Origin: Pecten maximus
Taxonomy: Eukaryota
Assembly: GCF_902652985.1 (NCBI RefSeq)
Contig: NC_047017.1
Coordinates: 7,378,001 to 7,442,000 of the forward strand
Direction of reading: 5' to 3'
Length of the DNA: 64,000 nt
The notes under the pieces are model-generated. The model worked only from the letters and a program-made list of their open reading frames with translations. It did no database searches and was not told the origin of the DNA. The position numbers were made by a program, and so were the translations under genes. Position 1 is the first letter of the stretch. The number at the start of each line of letters is the position of its first letter. Positions 1 through 14,800 of this stretch are shown here, in pieces.

Positions 1-841
1 TATACATGTAGATATACAAAAAAAAAAGACATACATAAAGACTTCTTTCATACACGCACAGACTCGTACTTTAACAGTAGTAGAGTTCTAAAAGTAACAA
101 TATCAAGTTTTCCTTTTTTTGATTTGTTACGTTATAAGGGCTTTCAAATCAACCCATCGTTTTTCAAATTTTTGGACAGTCATATTTTTCCTATGAATGT
201 ACTGTTCATTTTTGTAATGTTTTTCTAGTTCCATTTTGAATATAAGTAGAGCAGGCAGATGATTTTTATACTTTTGCTTGTATATGTGTAATTTCGTGGT
301 ACTTAATACATATACTATGATAATGACTCAAACTTACATTAGATATGTTCATACATATGTACATTGTAGAGTTTCGTATGTGTACAATGATTAACAGTAT
401 ACCAGTCTGGACAATATATAATAGCATGGTCTATTGTTTAAGCACGGTTCATTATACAGCATTCACGACGGGTGTAGATAAAAATAGACTAATATTTAAC
501 AATGTACTTGTATATATTGTCTCTATAGTATATATTGAATGTAATCAAACATATTAGTAATATTGTTTTTCAAATAATGCTTATTTATTCGTTTATATCT
601 AAAATGATTAAAATTTAAAAGTATTTTAATGAACCCTAACATTATTATTCACACAAATAAATTTGAAAATGAAACAAACACCTGGATACGTATGTATGTT
701 TCTATATACAAAGCATGTTACAGTATGATATTGTACTGTCGATATGAATAATAGTTGTCATAATCACCACTAATACACCAATAATTATTATAGCTAAAAT
801 ATATCATAGACGCTACAAATACCCCAAAAATGTATACATAC

Positions 842-844
842 CAT
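842..844 (-). CDS. Putative ATG-only first coding exon of a fourth calmodulin-family gene; the rest lies beyond the left edge
   Basis: Minus strand reads gaaaat-ATG|gtatgt, the same ATG|GTATGT arrangement as CaM-1 exon 1 (9067-9069). About 210 bp upstream is a block (1028-1115) homologous to the CaM-1 upstream block (9238-9327). Product identity is inferred only from this promoter homology. Confidence 0.55.
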
Positions 845-1027
845 ATTTTCACTAAGAAAATACCACGTGTTCCCCTGATTTGCCCTCCACTGTACAGACT
901 TGTTTGTATGACGCACCAATTGTCATGAGTCGAGATAGCTAGTGATTGAATCGGGCTGGTTAACGTCACGAGAACACGGAATAACCATTGTTTATTAGAG
1001 ACAATACGCAATTGTGTTTAATAAGTA

Positions 1028-1115
1028 TTTAAAGAAAATGTGAAAATATGTACCACAATGTCGCATTGCGTCATGTCACTAAGACAAATATTGACTATAA
1101 TTGACTTGATCAGAG
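1028..1115 (-). promoter_or_regulatory. Conserved calmodulin-cluster promoter block (copy 1)
   Basis: tttaaag..tgaaaata..AATGTCGCATTGCGtcatgtcac..taattgacttgatcagag aligns with 9238-9327 (tttaaag..tgaaaata..AATGTCGCATTGCGgcatatcac..taattgactagatagag). Both lie a similar distance from an ATG|GT exon. Confidence 0.6.
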
Positions 1116-1377
1116 TGATTAGCTTTAATAAGGCTTATCAATATGTTGTGTGTTTGTGTCACAATTAGATAACTGCGTAATTAAATAAATAAATATCTCT
1201 TAACATTAGATAACAGAAATACATATAAAGATAAATAGTATTATACATCAGATGATATATAAATGGATATGTGTAGATGGATTGTTTAAACAAATGAAAC
1301 GCATCTTATGATATTTAAATGATAGTAAAAAGTATTCATATCCTACGCTCTAAATACATATATAAATATTTATACTG

Positions 1378-1890
1378 TATATAGAGGATATTAAATGGTT
1401 TCCCGTTTAATATAATATATATTTCACGGTTATGACAGAATATCGATATTTCCAAGAGTGCGAAATATTCTGTAATGCGAGTGAAATACATATTATATTA
1501 AACGGGAAACCATTCAATTTTTTATTGCATTTTATACACTTAAAATAAAATAAAAAAACATTGAAACATTAGTAGTTCAAAAAAGTGCGGAAATCAGTAG
1601 TCTGTGCAGGAATAGCTAACATCATGTGAGTACTTTTTCAAAATTTTTTAAGAATTACAGCAAAATAACGAAATTTACCTATCTTTGCTTCGACTGGAAA
1701 AATCAACAAGTTTCATTGAGGTTAGATTGGCTAATTATGAAAAACTTATATTTTCACTGCAAAACTTATATTTTTACTGCAAAATTATATATTTTCATTC
1801 CAAAATCTTATATTTTCACTGCTCATCGTCGTTGCTGTGAAATCATAAGTTTGATACATTTCTTTATTGTACTGGTAGAAATACAATAAA
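1378..1890. mobile_element. Non-autonomous palindromic DNA element (CryptonV-like), with an internal 20-bp tandem repeat
   Basis: Starts TATATAGAGGATA. Long inverted repeat 1394-1427 / 1481-1514. Ends ACTGGTAGAAATACAATAAA. Same architecture as 7308-7721. About 4 copies of aaaacttatattttcactgc at 1741-1822. Crypton assignment is from recalled family architecture. Confidence 0.55.
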
Positions 1891-2569
1891 CAGACATAAG
1901 ATTTTGAAATGAAAATTATGAAACAAAACAGGCAAAGGGAGATTACTCATTCATATATCTTAATTACATTTAAAATCAAACATCGCAATCAAACGTAATG
2001 CACACATAATACAATTACAGCAATTATTTGATTATCATGAACATATTATATAAACACAACATGCCACTCAGATGTTGACAGACATTGACCAAAAGTTCAT
2101 ATAGCATATAGCTGCACGGGTCATAGCTGACAATACTGTTAAGTTACAAATTTTATTGAAAAATGTTTATATATATATACTTCAATTGACAAAATGTATG
2201 CTGTACATGAAAAATGATTGCACAAAGTACTAAACAAACGTGCTAAACGAAAGACTTTCAATATATCCTTATATCCATGAATGTGAGACGGTTTCATATT
2301 CAAAAGAGCAGACACAATATGGATTGTTTCTTAGATTATCATTAAATAAATCAAAATTTTAATTACAACAATAATTTTTAATTTGACAAAGAATAATATA
2401 ATATTGTACACCCTTCTGTTTTGAAAACAAATTGTGCTGATTCAATATCAGTAATGGCATTTCTATTTGATGTTTAATTACAACAGGAATTTTTAATTTG
2501 ACAAAGAATAATATCAGCCCTTGTGTTTCAAAATGTGTGTTGATACGATTTCAATACTGACATATGTAT

Positions 2570-3880
2570 TTGGCGTTGTAAAAATTAAAAGAGTAGGGAG
2601 TTAAAGATGCCATTATCAGAGGTGCTAATCGTGCGACACAAAAGATTTGACAGTGGATTTGATATTCTCGTTTGTCTGTGGGAATAGAGGTTGTTGTAAT
2701 CATTGTCAGCAAAAGAATTTAGGATACTTTGTAAGTACTAAGGTGAAAGCCCATGCTTTATTTTATAAATCATTGTTTGTGTTTATCTCTTCTTACTGAC
2801 AGTGTTTTCGTGTTTTCCCGCCAAGTCCATTATATAGTATATTGTGTGATGTTCCAGATCTAAGTCCTGTTATAATTCTAGCTGCTTCGTTTTGTAAAGA
2901 TTGTAATTATGACATATTATGTCGGCATATTCTAAAATTGGTCTAATAAATGTTGTGAAAATTTCTTCTCAAAGCTTTTTTCATGTATATTTAGAATACA
3001 ATTCTTCAAAGTTGTATCTTTCTAAAGTGTTAATTACCGAGAGTTTGTGTTCTGTTGTATCAATGATTTCATTGTTTTGGAAATTTATTGGGGTGTGAGT
3101 TTTGTTGTGTTTTCTAGAAAATAGTACTAGTTTGGTTTTGTTAGGATTAAACTTGCCCATACACCAATATTAGAGTGATGTTAGCGCTTGGGCTGCTTGT
3201 GCTGGGTGTTCATATATAATTACGTATGTGGAGGGGTGGTCTGCAAAATATAAAACATTTTCAGTGGTGTCATTAATATAGAAGAGAAAAAGAAGAGGCT
3301 CAAAACCATATCCCTTGGGTGCCCCTGCATTAATAGCATTTAACTTTGGATGATAGCCTTCAGTGGTCACTCTTTGAAATATATAGGAAATTATCAAACA
3401 ACAGGGGCAAAATTTTCATTAATTCCATACAATCTAAGCTTTTGCAAAAGACCTTCGTACCATAACTTGTCGAAGGTTTTGCTGGCATCACAAAACTAAA
3501 CCTAAGATCATTTCCCTGGTTCATATTACTAACGATTTCATCTAAAATCAAGAATAATTTATTAACAGTAGAATCATCAGATATAAAACTAGACTGATGC
3601 TTGGTTAGGATCGAATTTTCAACTAAGTAGTTGTTTATACTATACTGAAGCTTGAGATCATTGAGATTGGGCTGTAATTCAGGACATCATCAGATGAATC
3701 ACTTCCTTTTATATTGAATTAATTTGTTTGTTTCCATCCATAGGGTAATATACCAGAGTCAAGTGTTTTATTAAGTATAAGGCTGAGGGGAAACATTAGT
3801 GAATTGGTCAATTTTTACAACTTTAAAAACAATACCATCAGGACCAGGGGGTCATATTTATATGCAGTTTTTTTTAAAGA
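2570..3880 (-). mobile_element. Decayed non-LTR retrotransposon (CR1/L2-like) reverse transcriptase fragment
   Basis: Frameshifted RT motifs: FCDASKTFDKLWYEGLLQKLRLYGI (D.SKAFD.V.H.GLL.KL) and INAGAPKGYGFEPLLFLFYINDTTENVLYFAD (GVPQGS.LGPLLF..YIND...LFADD). Multiple stops; boundaries approximate. Confidence 0.8.
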
Positions 3881-4182
3881 TGTCTGTTTGATGTATAATA
3901 AAATAGCCATGATAGACTAAAATCTATAACATTAAATGAATAACGTCATTTATTATGCAGACCCGTTAAGTTTAAAACGGACCTCTGTCGGCGGACAATA
4001 TACCAGCTTATTTTCGCGGTGACTTAATGGAGCGTCTTCGTGTCTTAACGACTCCTTCGCGGTAATTCTTGATCAATTTCGCGATTAAAACTCCTGAAAG
4101 ACAGCAGGTCTTTTAGGAGTGTAAATCGCGAATATGTGATTGAAACAATATCGCGGCGGAGAAAATTAAACGTTTGTTTACA

Positions 4183-4605
4183 TGTAACCCTGGTAAATAC
4201 TAGCCGCAATATACCGCTCGGCTAGAGAGATCTTCTCTTTAGCTCGATCGGTTGAGCGTAAGACTAGTAAGCCAGAGGTCCCGGGTTCGATCCCTAGCGG
4301 AGGCAGTGATTTAAATTTAATTAATCCTGCAATCTGTTACATTGGCGCCCATGTAGGGACTCGGGAATGATACTCATCGCTGCTTGCGAAAGCATCGCTG
4401 TTACCCCTGGAAACTCGAGGACGAGTTCTTTCCTGGAGGGGGAGTATGTAACCCTGGTAAATACTAGCCGCAATATACCGCTCGGCTAGAGAGATCTTCT
4501 CTTTAGCTCGATCGGTTGAGCGTAAGACTAGTAAGCCAGAGGTCCCGGGTACGATCCCTAGCGGAGGCAGTGATTTAAATTTAATTAATACTGCAATCTG
4601 TTACA
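4183..4605 (+). mobile_element. TRIM (miniature non-autonomous LTR retrotransposon) with tRNA-Thr-derived Pol III promoters in its LTRs (Helenus-type)
   Basis: Two 159-bp direct repeats (4183-4341, 4447-4605), each TGT...ACA, with 2 mismatches. PBS TGGCGCCCATGTAGGGAC at 4343-4360 (tRNA-Lys-like). PPT GGAGGGGGAG at 4435-4444. Each LTR has box A TAGCTCGATCGG, a CTAGTAA anticodon loop and box B GGTTCGATCCC. Confidence 0.92.
4233..4305 (+). pseudogene. tRNA-Thr(AGT)-derived sequence inside the 5' LTR; not a functional tRNA gene
   Basis: Box A 4240-4251, AGT at 4266-4268 in a CT-AGT-AA loop, box B 4284-4294. Acceptor and anticodon stems pair poorly. Second copy at 4497-4569. Confidence 0.75.
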
Positions 4606-5348
4606 CAGTGTTTTCTACCGTATACAGTAATATATGGTTCTGTGTATCTATTGTAACTTTATCACAATGAACTCATGAATGATAAAAGGCTTACCTTTTA
4701 TCAATAGATTTATTTGTATATTTACTTATTTATTTATCTTAATTGTATTGCTTCTTTCAATTAACAAAATTTGTATTCATCATGAGATCGGAATCAAACT
4801 TTCATGATTATTTGATTTAATGACTCAGCATTATATACTACAGGAACGCTTTAAAATGAAAAATACATTTCCTACTTCATATATTTATACATGAATAATT
4901 GTAATGTGTAACTGCAATATATTTCAAAATTTGGTTACCAATCACTTTATCATGGTATAAGTGTATTTGCTATAGGAACTGTATATAACATATGAAATAT
5001 ATTTTCGATAAAAAAATGCTTCAATCAGTATCTGTTATAGAGTTTCAACTTGTTAACAAAACCCGAAACTCAGAAAAAAGTAAGTCCTTCAAGCACCATT
5101 AGAAATGAAATGTGGTGTTTCAAGTGGAATAAATCACAATGATGCCAAACATGGAAAAATATATTTTAATATAAAAAATGCGATTGTTTCATACATAAAT
5201 AACAATGTAATATTTCAGTGGTGTGTTAATATCTTGAGAAAACCTCAGTTGCTGCATGGTTTGATGGAAGCGGATTATTGCACCAAGAGGAAATGAGGAT
5301 GACGTCAGAAATGGTACGAGGACTGGGTAATATGGGCAGAATTCCTGC

Positions 5349-9069
<3,721 letters not shown>

Positions 9070-9237
9070 AGTGACGCTTAGAGATTGTCTGTAGTACGGC
9101 CACGAAGTCTAATAACACTGTCAGTTGTTTGTCGTGTCACTAGTCATATGTAGTAGTATAAGTGTTTGGGTAAATACGGTCTTAGCTCCAAGGAAAACCA
9201 GCTCTTCTATTGTATTGGAAATAATGTAGCTTTCATG

Positions 9238-9327
9238 TTTAAAGGGAAGGTTATGAAAATACGTTGACTAGAATGTCGCATTGCGGCATATCACCAAGGA
9301 AGACAAGCCTTAATTGACTAGATAGAG
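9238..9327 (-). promoter_or_regulatory. Conserved calmodulin-cluster promoter block (CaM-1)
   Basis: Homologous to 1028-1115. Core AATGTCGCATTGCG at 9272-9285, about 200 bp upstream of the CaM-1 ATG. Confidence 0.6.
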
Positions 9328-9666
9328 GTTGAGATATTTAAAACTCTTCTGTTGATAATGAGAGCATTGCGGGATTTAAAGAAAGGTATATTTAGCAACA
9401 CAAGTATTTGAGAAAGCAAAAATTACCTGGGCCAATTTTCACGAATAAGATATGTTATGTACTACTTGCAGGTAGTGGCACGTTGTTTTTAAAATTATTA
9501 TTTCATGTTACTTTCCTTCCGACACCCAAAACATTGCATATAAAGATATGATGCTATCCTTATCAATTTTAAAACGTATCAGTATTTCGACATGTGTCCG
9601 TATGTAACGTCTGTAACCGCCAATTTGATTAAAATGGTCAGTTCGTGTTTAACTATCTGTACAACT

Positions 9667-10502
9667 ATAACCGCCTATCCCTGTGTAACCGGTATGACCT
9701 CCTCATATGATATAACCGCCTATCCTTGTGTCTACGATATAACCGCATGTTCGCTTATAACCGCCTATCCCTGTGTAACCGGTATAACCTCCTCGTAGGA
9801 TATAACCGCCTATCCCTTTGTAACCGGTATGACCACCTGTTCGTATATAACCGCTTATCCCTGTGTAACCGGAATGACCGCCTGTAAGGATGTTAACTGC
9901 TTGCCCCTTTGTAACCGTCTGTCCCTGCATGTGAAGGCGGTGCAACAGTTTGTCCGAATGTAACCGGTTGTCACCTCTTAGCAGTCAATTGGTATGTGCC
10001 CATCTCTCTGTGTTTTACCAGCGTGACCTCCTGTCCGGGTGTAACCATGTATCCGGGTGTAACCGCGTGTCCGGGTTAAACCACCTCCCCGGGTGTAACC
10101 ATGTGTCCGGGTGTAACCGCGTTTCCTGATGTAACCATGTGTCCGGGTGTAACCATGTGTCCGGGTGTAACCATGTGTCCGGGTGTAACCACGTGTCCGG
10201 GTGTAACCATGTGTCCTGGTGTAAACACAAGTCCGGGTGTAACCATGTGTCCGGGTGTAACCACCTCTCCGGGTGTAACCACGTGTCCGGGTGTAACCAT
10301 GTGTCCGGGTGTAACCATGTGTCCGGGTGTAACCATGTGTCCGGGTGTAACCACGTGTCCTGGTGTAAACACAAGTCCGGGTGTAACCACCTCTCCGGGT
10401 GTAACCACGTGTCCGGATGTAATTCCCTTTTCTAATATAACCACCTTCTGGGTTAAATAACTTCCCCTGGTGTAACCACCTGTCCGGGTGTAACCACCTG
10501 TC
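9667..10502. repeat. 18-bp minisatellite (ccgggtgtaaccatgtgt) with a degenerate ~54-bp higher-order flank
   Basis: Homogeneous 18-mers at about 10035-10502. Older variants (tataaccgcctatccctgtgtaaccggtatgacc) at 9667-9975. Confidence 0.92.
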
Positions 10503-11149
10503 CATCGTCTGCCGATACGCATCATGTTTGATGCCCTAATATATTCTTTTTTTTGTAATAGTTGCGAATTGGTTTCTCTTTTGAAGTTCATTAAGCAAAT
10601 AAGTAATCGACTTAACTCTACGTATGTAGTGCCATTGTTATATAGTTTCATGTATGTAATTATCTACACTATGAATTTATGACAATAAAATCCTTCAGTA
10701 TGCATATTTAAATCTTCATGTACGTCAATGAACGCAATACAAAGAGATATACGTCTTTTATTAATAGAAAATAATTTGATGACAGTCCCAACATAACAAT
10801 ATAATTCAACGCTAACAAAATATATCACATCAAATGATTATTTAATCTGAACAATTTTAACTGAAAATCTATGAACTATTAACTATTGTTGATGACTTTA
10901 ATTAGCCATCAGGAACGCACTCTCGACAAAAATAAAATAGTATTGTATTTCATTGATAATCACAGTTTGGAATCAGAACTGTAGTTGCAGAATATTTCTA
11001 ATTAAATTCAAACCTCCAAATATTTGAAATGATAGTGACTATATATCTTTTCAAATAAAATAGTTAATGAAGAAAAGAATTTCAGAATAGTATATTCCTT
11101 TTCAAATCTATTAGAATTATTCAAATGGATATGGTGTAATAATGCGAAA

Positions 11150-11265
11150 TTGAACATATCTCAGTTTGACTGAGAAAAAAATGCGGAAACCTGTGTGGAC
11201 GGACTAACAGACAGACAGAACGGAAACTTATAGTTCCCCCGGTCTCACCGGTAAGGGGACTAATA
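11150..11265. mobile_element. Terminal fragment of a Helentron/Helitron-like non-autonomous element
   Basis: GGAC/AGAC microsatellite followed by the hairpin tagttccccc-ggtctcaccggt-aaggggacta and aataa, a typical end for these elements. Confidence 0.5.
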
Positions 11266-11345
11266 ACTGAAACACTGCAAGAAATCAGCTCGCAAATATT
11301 TTCTGATTTTAACTTAGCATCGCCACTGTTACACTAGGTATCATA

Positions 11346-11479
11346 CTGTAGATCTACATATTTTAGCTGTGATATTATTTTAGCAATTTCCAGCATATTG
11401 CGCCACATTACTGTTTCTCTTACGGTAAAATTCGACAATGCGATAAAATATATGTACGCTAAAACAAGAATATTTGCAG
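11346..11479. mobile_element. Short degenerate TA-flanked MITE
   Basis: TA-ctgtagat...ttttagc / gctaaaa...atttgcag-TA: imperfect terminal inverted repeats flanked by TA. Confidence 0.4.
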
Positions 11480-11845
11480 TATTTTCATGAATTATAACTT
11501 ACTAATGAAAAGACAATGAATATTCTAAGGCATAATGATTCTCTACAGAAATACATTACTACCCTTACTATGGAGTTTATATAAAAGCATAAATCCTGAC
11601 ATGAAAGGTGGTATAGAATAGAATAGAACTGTTTCAGACCTTTCTGAAAGCCGCTACAGCTTGAGCCCTCAAAAATACATTTATGGAATAAAGATATCAC
11701 ATTACAGTCAATTCGATGTACAGTTAATAAAGATGAGGCATATTGTTAATGTTACACAAGTCCGGTTGGGAGAACTAATGGCACAAGTAGGCGTAAAAAT
11801 AAAACTTTCTCTGGTTCCGCTCACGGATTTTCCAAAATGATGCAC

Positions 11846-14800
11846 CTAAGGTGGTCCAATCATCATTTCCACGAACTCTGGTAAATAAGACATAAAATGT
11901 ATATTAGAAAATATGGAATCTTACATGAATAACTTGCCAGTTAGCATTTAAAATATATCTTTAAAATTCATATAAACATAAACTTTTGATCCAAGTTTGT
12001 CAATGGCTGTTTTTGAAAGTGCAAAAAATATACACACCAAAATCATGTATATTAGTTTCAATATACTCTAACTAATAAACATGAATGTACATGCACGTAT
12101 ACTTGTGTGTGTATAAGTTGTGTGAGACGCACCCATCTAGAGTTACTTCCCCTTAGCCTTGTATTAATTTGAGTTGTTTTGTGTTATTTACGAAACAACG
12201 TATTTGAAAGTTAATTGTCGTGAAAAAAATCTTCGGGGTATCCAGAGTATTCTTGTTATCTGAGTATATTTATACAATGCTTTTACTGTTGAAACTGAAT
12301 TTTTACTTCGAGTAAAGAAAGTTCTTTGAGTGACACGAGTTCGAGTTAAGGAGGTCTGACTGTATTCATACATACTCTTATAAGTCAGACGACCTTCAAC
12401 TTGTATTTCCCCTTCCTTGATAAGCTTCTCAAAATCCTTGTCTGTGAAAGAATCGTTCCCTAAGTCTTGTAAAATATGCCTTAGTTCTTCTATTGTTAAA
12501 TAGCCTTGTTTGTTTTTATCAAATAACTGAAAACACTTTTTGAGTTCCTCTTCTTCTGGCGTCATCTCGGGTTCCGACATTTTCTTCAACGTAGCTAGAA
12601 ATTCATGGAATTCAATTGTACCGTCATCTGAAAATTAAAAAAAAAACTTAGTAGAAAGGAGAAAACAGGGGTGTAAAAATGGAAATAATGAAAAAAAGGG
12701 GGGCATATTAGTATGTTCCGATTTTGAGAATGAGACTTAACTAAGATTTGACCTAGATTAACGTGACCGGTGTCGTCGATGAAACAAAAGACGCTCACTC
12801 TTCCGGAGCGCTTGATCCTATTCTTCCTTTATAGTCTCCATGTAAATTAATATGTTTTGTTCATATGCTGGCCTTGTTACATCTCTCCTCCTCCCCCCCC
12901 CCCCCCCCCCCCCCCCCCCCTTTTTTTTTCTCTCTTATCTGACATATCTACTTCACGATAACTTGATTATTGAATAGAATTGGCATGAGAAAAACTAATA
13001 ATGATATATCAAAATAACGATAAAGTTATGGCGAGAATAAAAAACAAAATCAACTGATCAAGATACAGTAGTTTGAAGGGCTATTTTTTTTTCTTTTTTA
13101 TGATTTGATGATGGAGTAAAGTCAATGTCATTCCTTTCACAAAAGACTATAAATCAATCCCGTCACACATGAATCATTTTACCGACAGCCCAGATGCATT
13201 TCCATCCAAAACACATATTCTTTAACACTATAGGCATATTACTTATATCAAATGTACAATATACTGTTTAGTGAACCTAATACATGTATAACAATATATT
13301 GCTTTCCTACACATGGTTGATAGCATTCACGGAAATTTAATTTAGCTATATTTGCGGTAATTTGATATAGCACGGAAAACAAATACCCAGCGAATAGAAG
13401 TGTTTTCTGTACAATGTTTACAAGATGTGGTTCCGCATAAATGAATAACCGCGAACTTTCGAAATATTAGCCCCGTCAAATTTAACAACTATACAGTATA
13501 TGTATGGTAGCTTGCTGTATATTTTCTAATTTTCTATAAGTATACCAATAGAAATTGGGCAAAGTTTATAAGCTGTATTATACATGAACATCTGGGTCAA
13601 GGGAATAAACTACTTTCTAATGGATGAAGGGTGTTTGCCAATCAGCAATCACCAATATAATACATCTTTGGCGTGATGTAACGGTGTCAATCTCCGAGAA
13701 ACAAATCACCACCTTAATGTAAACATAACTTACTGTTTGTGTCCATGGCTTCTAGTTCCGCCTTCAGCTCCTCCTCAGATGTACCTTGCCCTAATTCTTG
13801 CATCACCGTTATCATTTCTTTGATAGTTATACTGCCACTGCCATCCTGATCAAACATGTCGAACGCTTCTCTGTATTCTACAAAGAAAAATATTTCTGTA
13901 AGGAAACCAGGCCCTGGACTCATGAAGCAAACTTAAGTCTGCGACTAAACTTGAACTTAAGACTGTTTCATGATCCTGGAGCCAGATAGTATGCTATATT
14001 TGAAAGTTCTGTAAAAGGACAACCATGTAATGTTAAACGGGAATAAATGTTTCAATATCATTTAATATATAAAAATAAATGTTCATAATTAAGACTATAT
14101 TACAATAAATAGTATTTCTTATGCACTTCTACGAATGTTTTGTTATGGGTCTACGATACAGCACTGATTTTTTTTACATATCACCCTATGTTGACGCAAT
14201 GGTTCTACGTAATAAAGATGTCATTGTAATCACACAGTGATTATATTGCGATCAAACAAGTTTAACATGCGGTTTGATAAGATTAGACATAACACCTTGA
14301 ATTTGAAATATATTAATGAAGCTGTTTGAGTACTTTTCTTTAATCAAACAACCAGATATAACTAGATCTTACGTAAGGTTTGTTTGTCTCTTTGCTTGTC
14401 TACTGCAAGTGTCATTTTAAGGTGGAGGGGGGGGGGGGGGGGGGGGGTTCCTTGTAGTAATTGGTAACTACCATATATACTATATACATATATATTTACT
14501 ATATTATTCTCGGAGTCAGTATTTAAAGATTTAAAGTATACACTCACCTGCTAGCTGTTCTTCGGTGAAATCGTCTGCCTGTAAATTTGAAATGATTTGA
14601 CAAATTGTAAGATATCCAATACATTAGTGTTTTCATATCCGTCTAATACCAGTAACCCTTACACACTGTACCTAAATTGTGTGTTCCTTCTATTGTGTCA
14701 CCCTTACACACTATACCTATATTACGTGCTCCTTCTTTGTGTCATCCTTACACATTATACCCATATTTTGTTTTTGCTCCTCTGCGGCATAATATTCCTT

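Larger units (their letters stand above)
3998..4628. mobile_element. Degenerate MITE (TACAG-TA end, TTCGCG-rich) hosting the TRIM insertion
   Basis: ttattttcgcgg repeats on the left, an internal hairpin at about 4078-4132, and a right end ...ccgtatacag-TA. Interrupted at 4182/4606 by the TRIM. Confidence 0.4.

Noticed and set aside
4233-4569. Two tandem tRNA-Thr genes
   Set aside because: The stems pair poorly and there is no adjacent T-run terminator. Both copies sit inside LTRs flanking a PBS and PPT, so they are parts of a TRIM.
9978-10651. Repeat-protein ORFs (TPGHMV / GYTRTH / CPGVTM)
   Set aside because: An 18-bp minisatellite is open in five frames on both strands. No splice or other coding evidence.
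12892-12920. Long poly-C/poly-G tracts (also 14427-14447, 25436-25459) as functional G-quadruplexes
   Set aside because: Simple homopolymers whose lengths are error-prone. No evidence of function from sequence alone.
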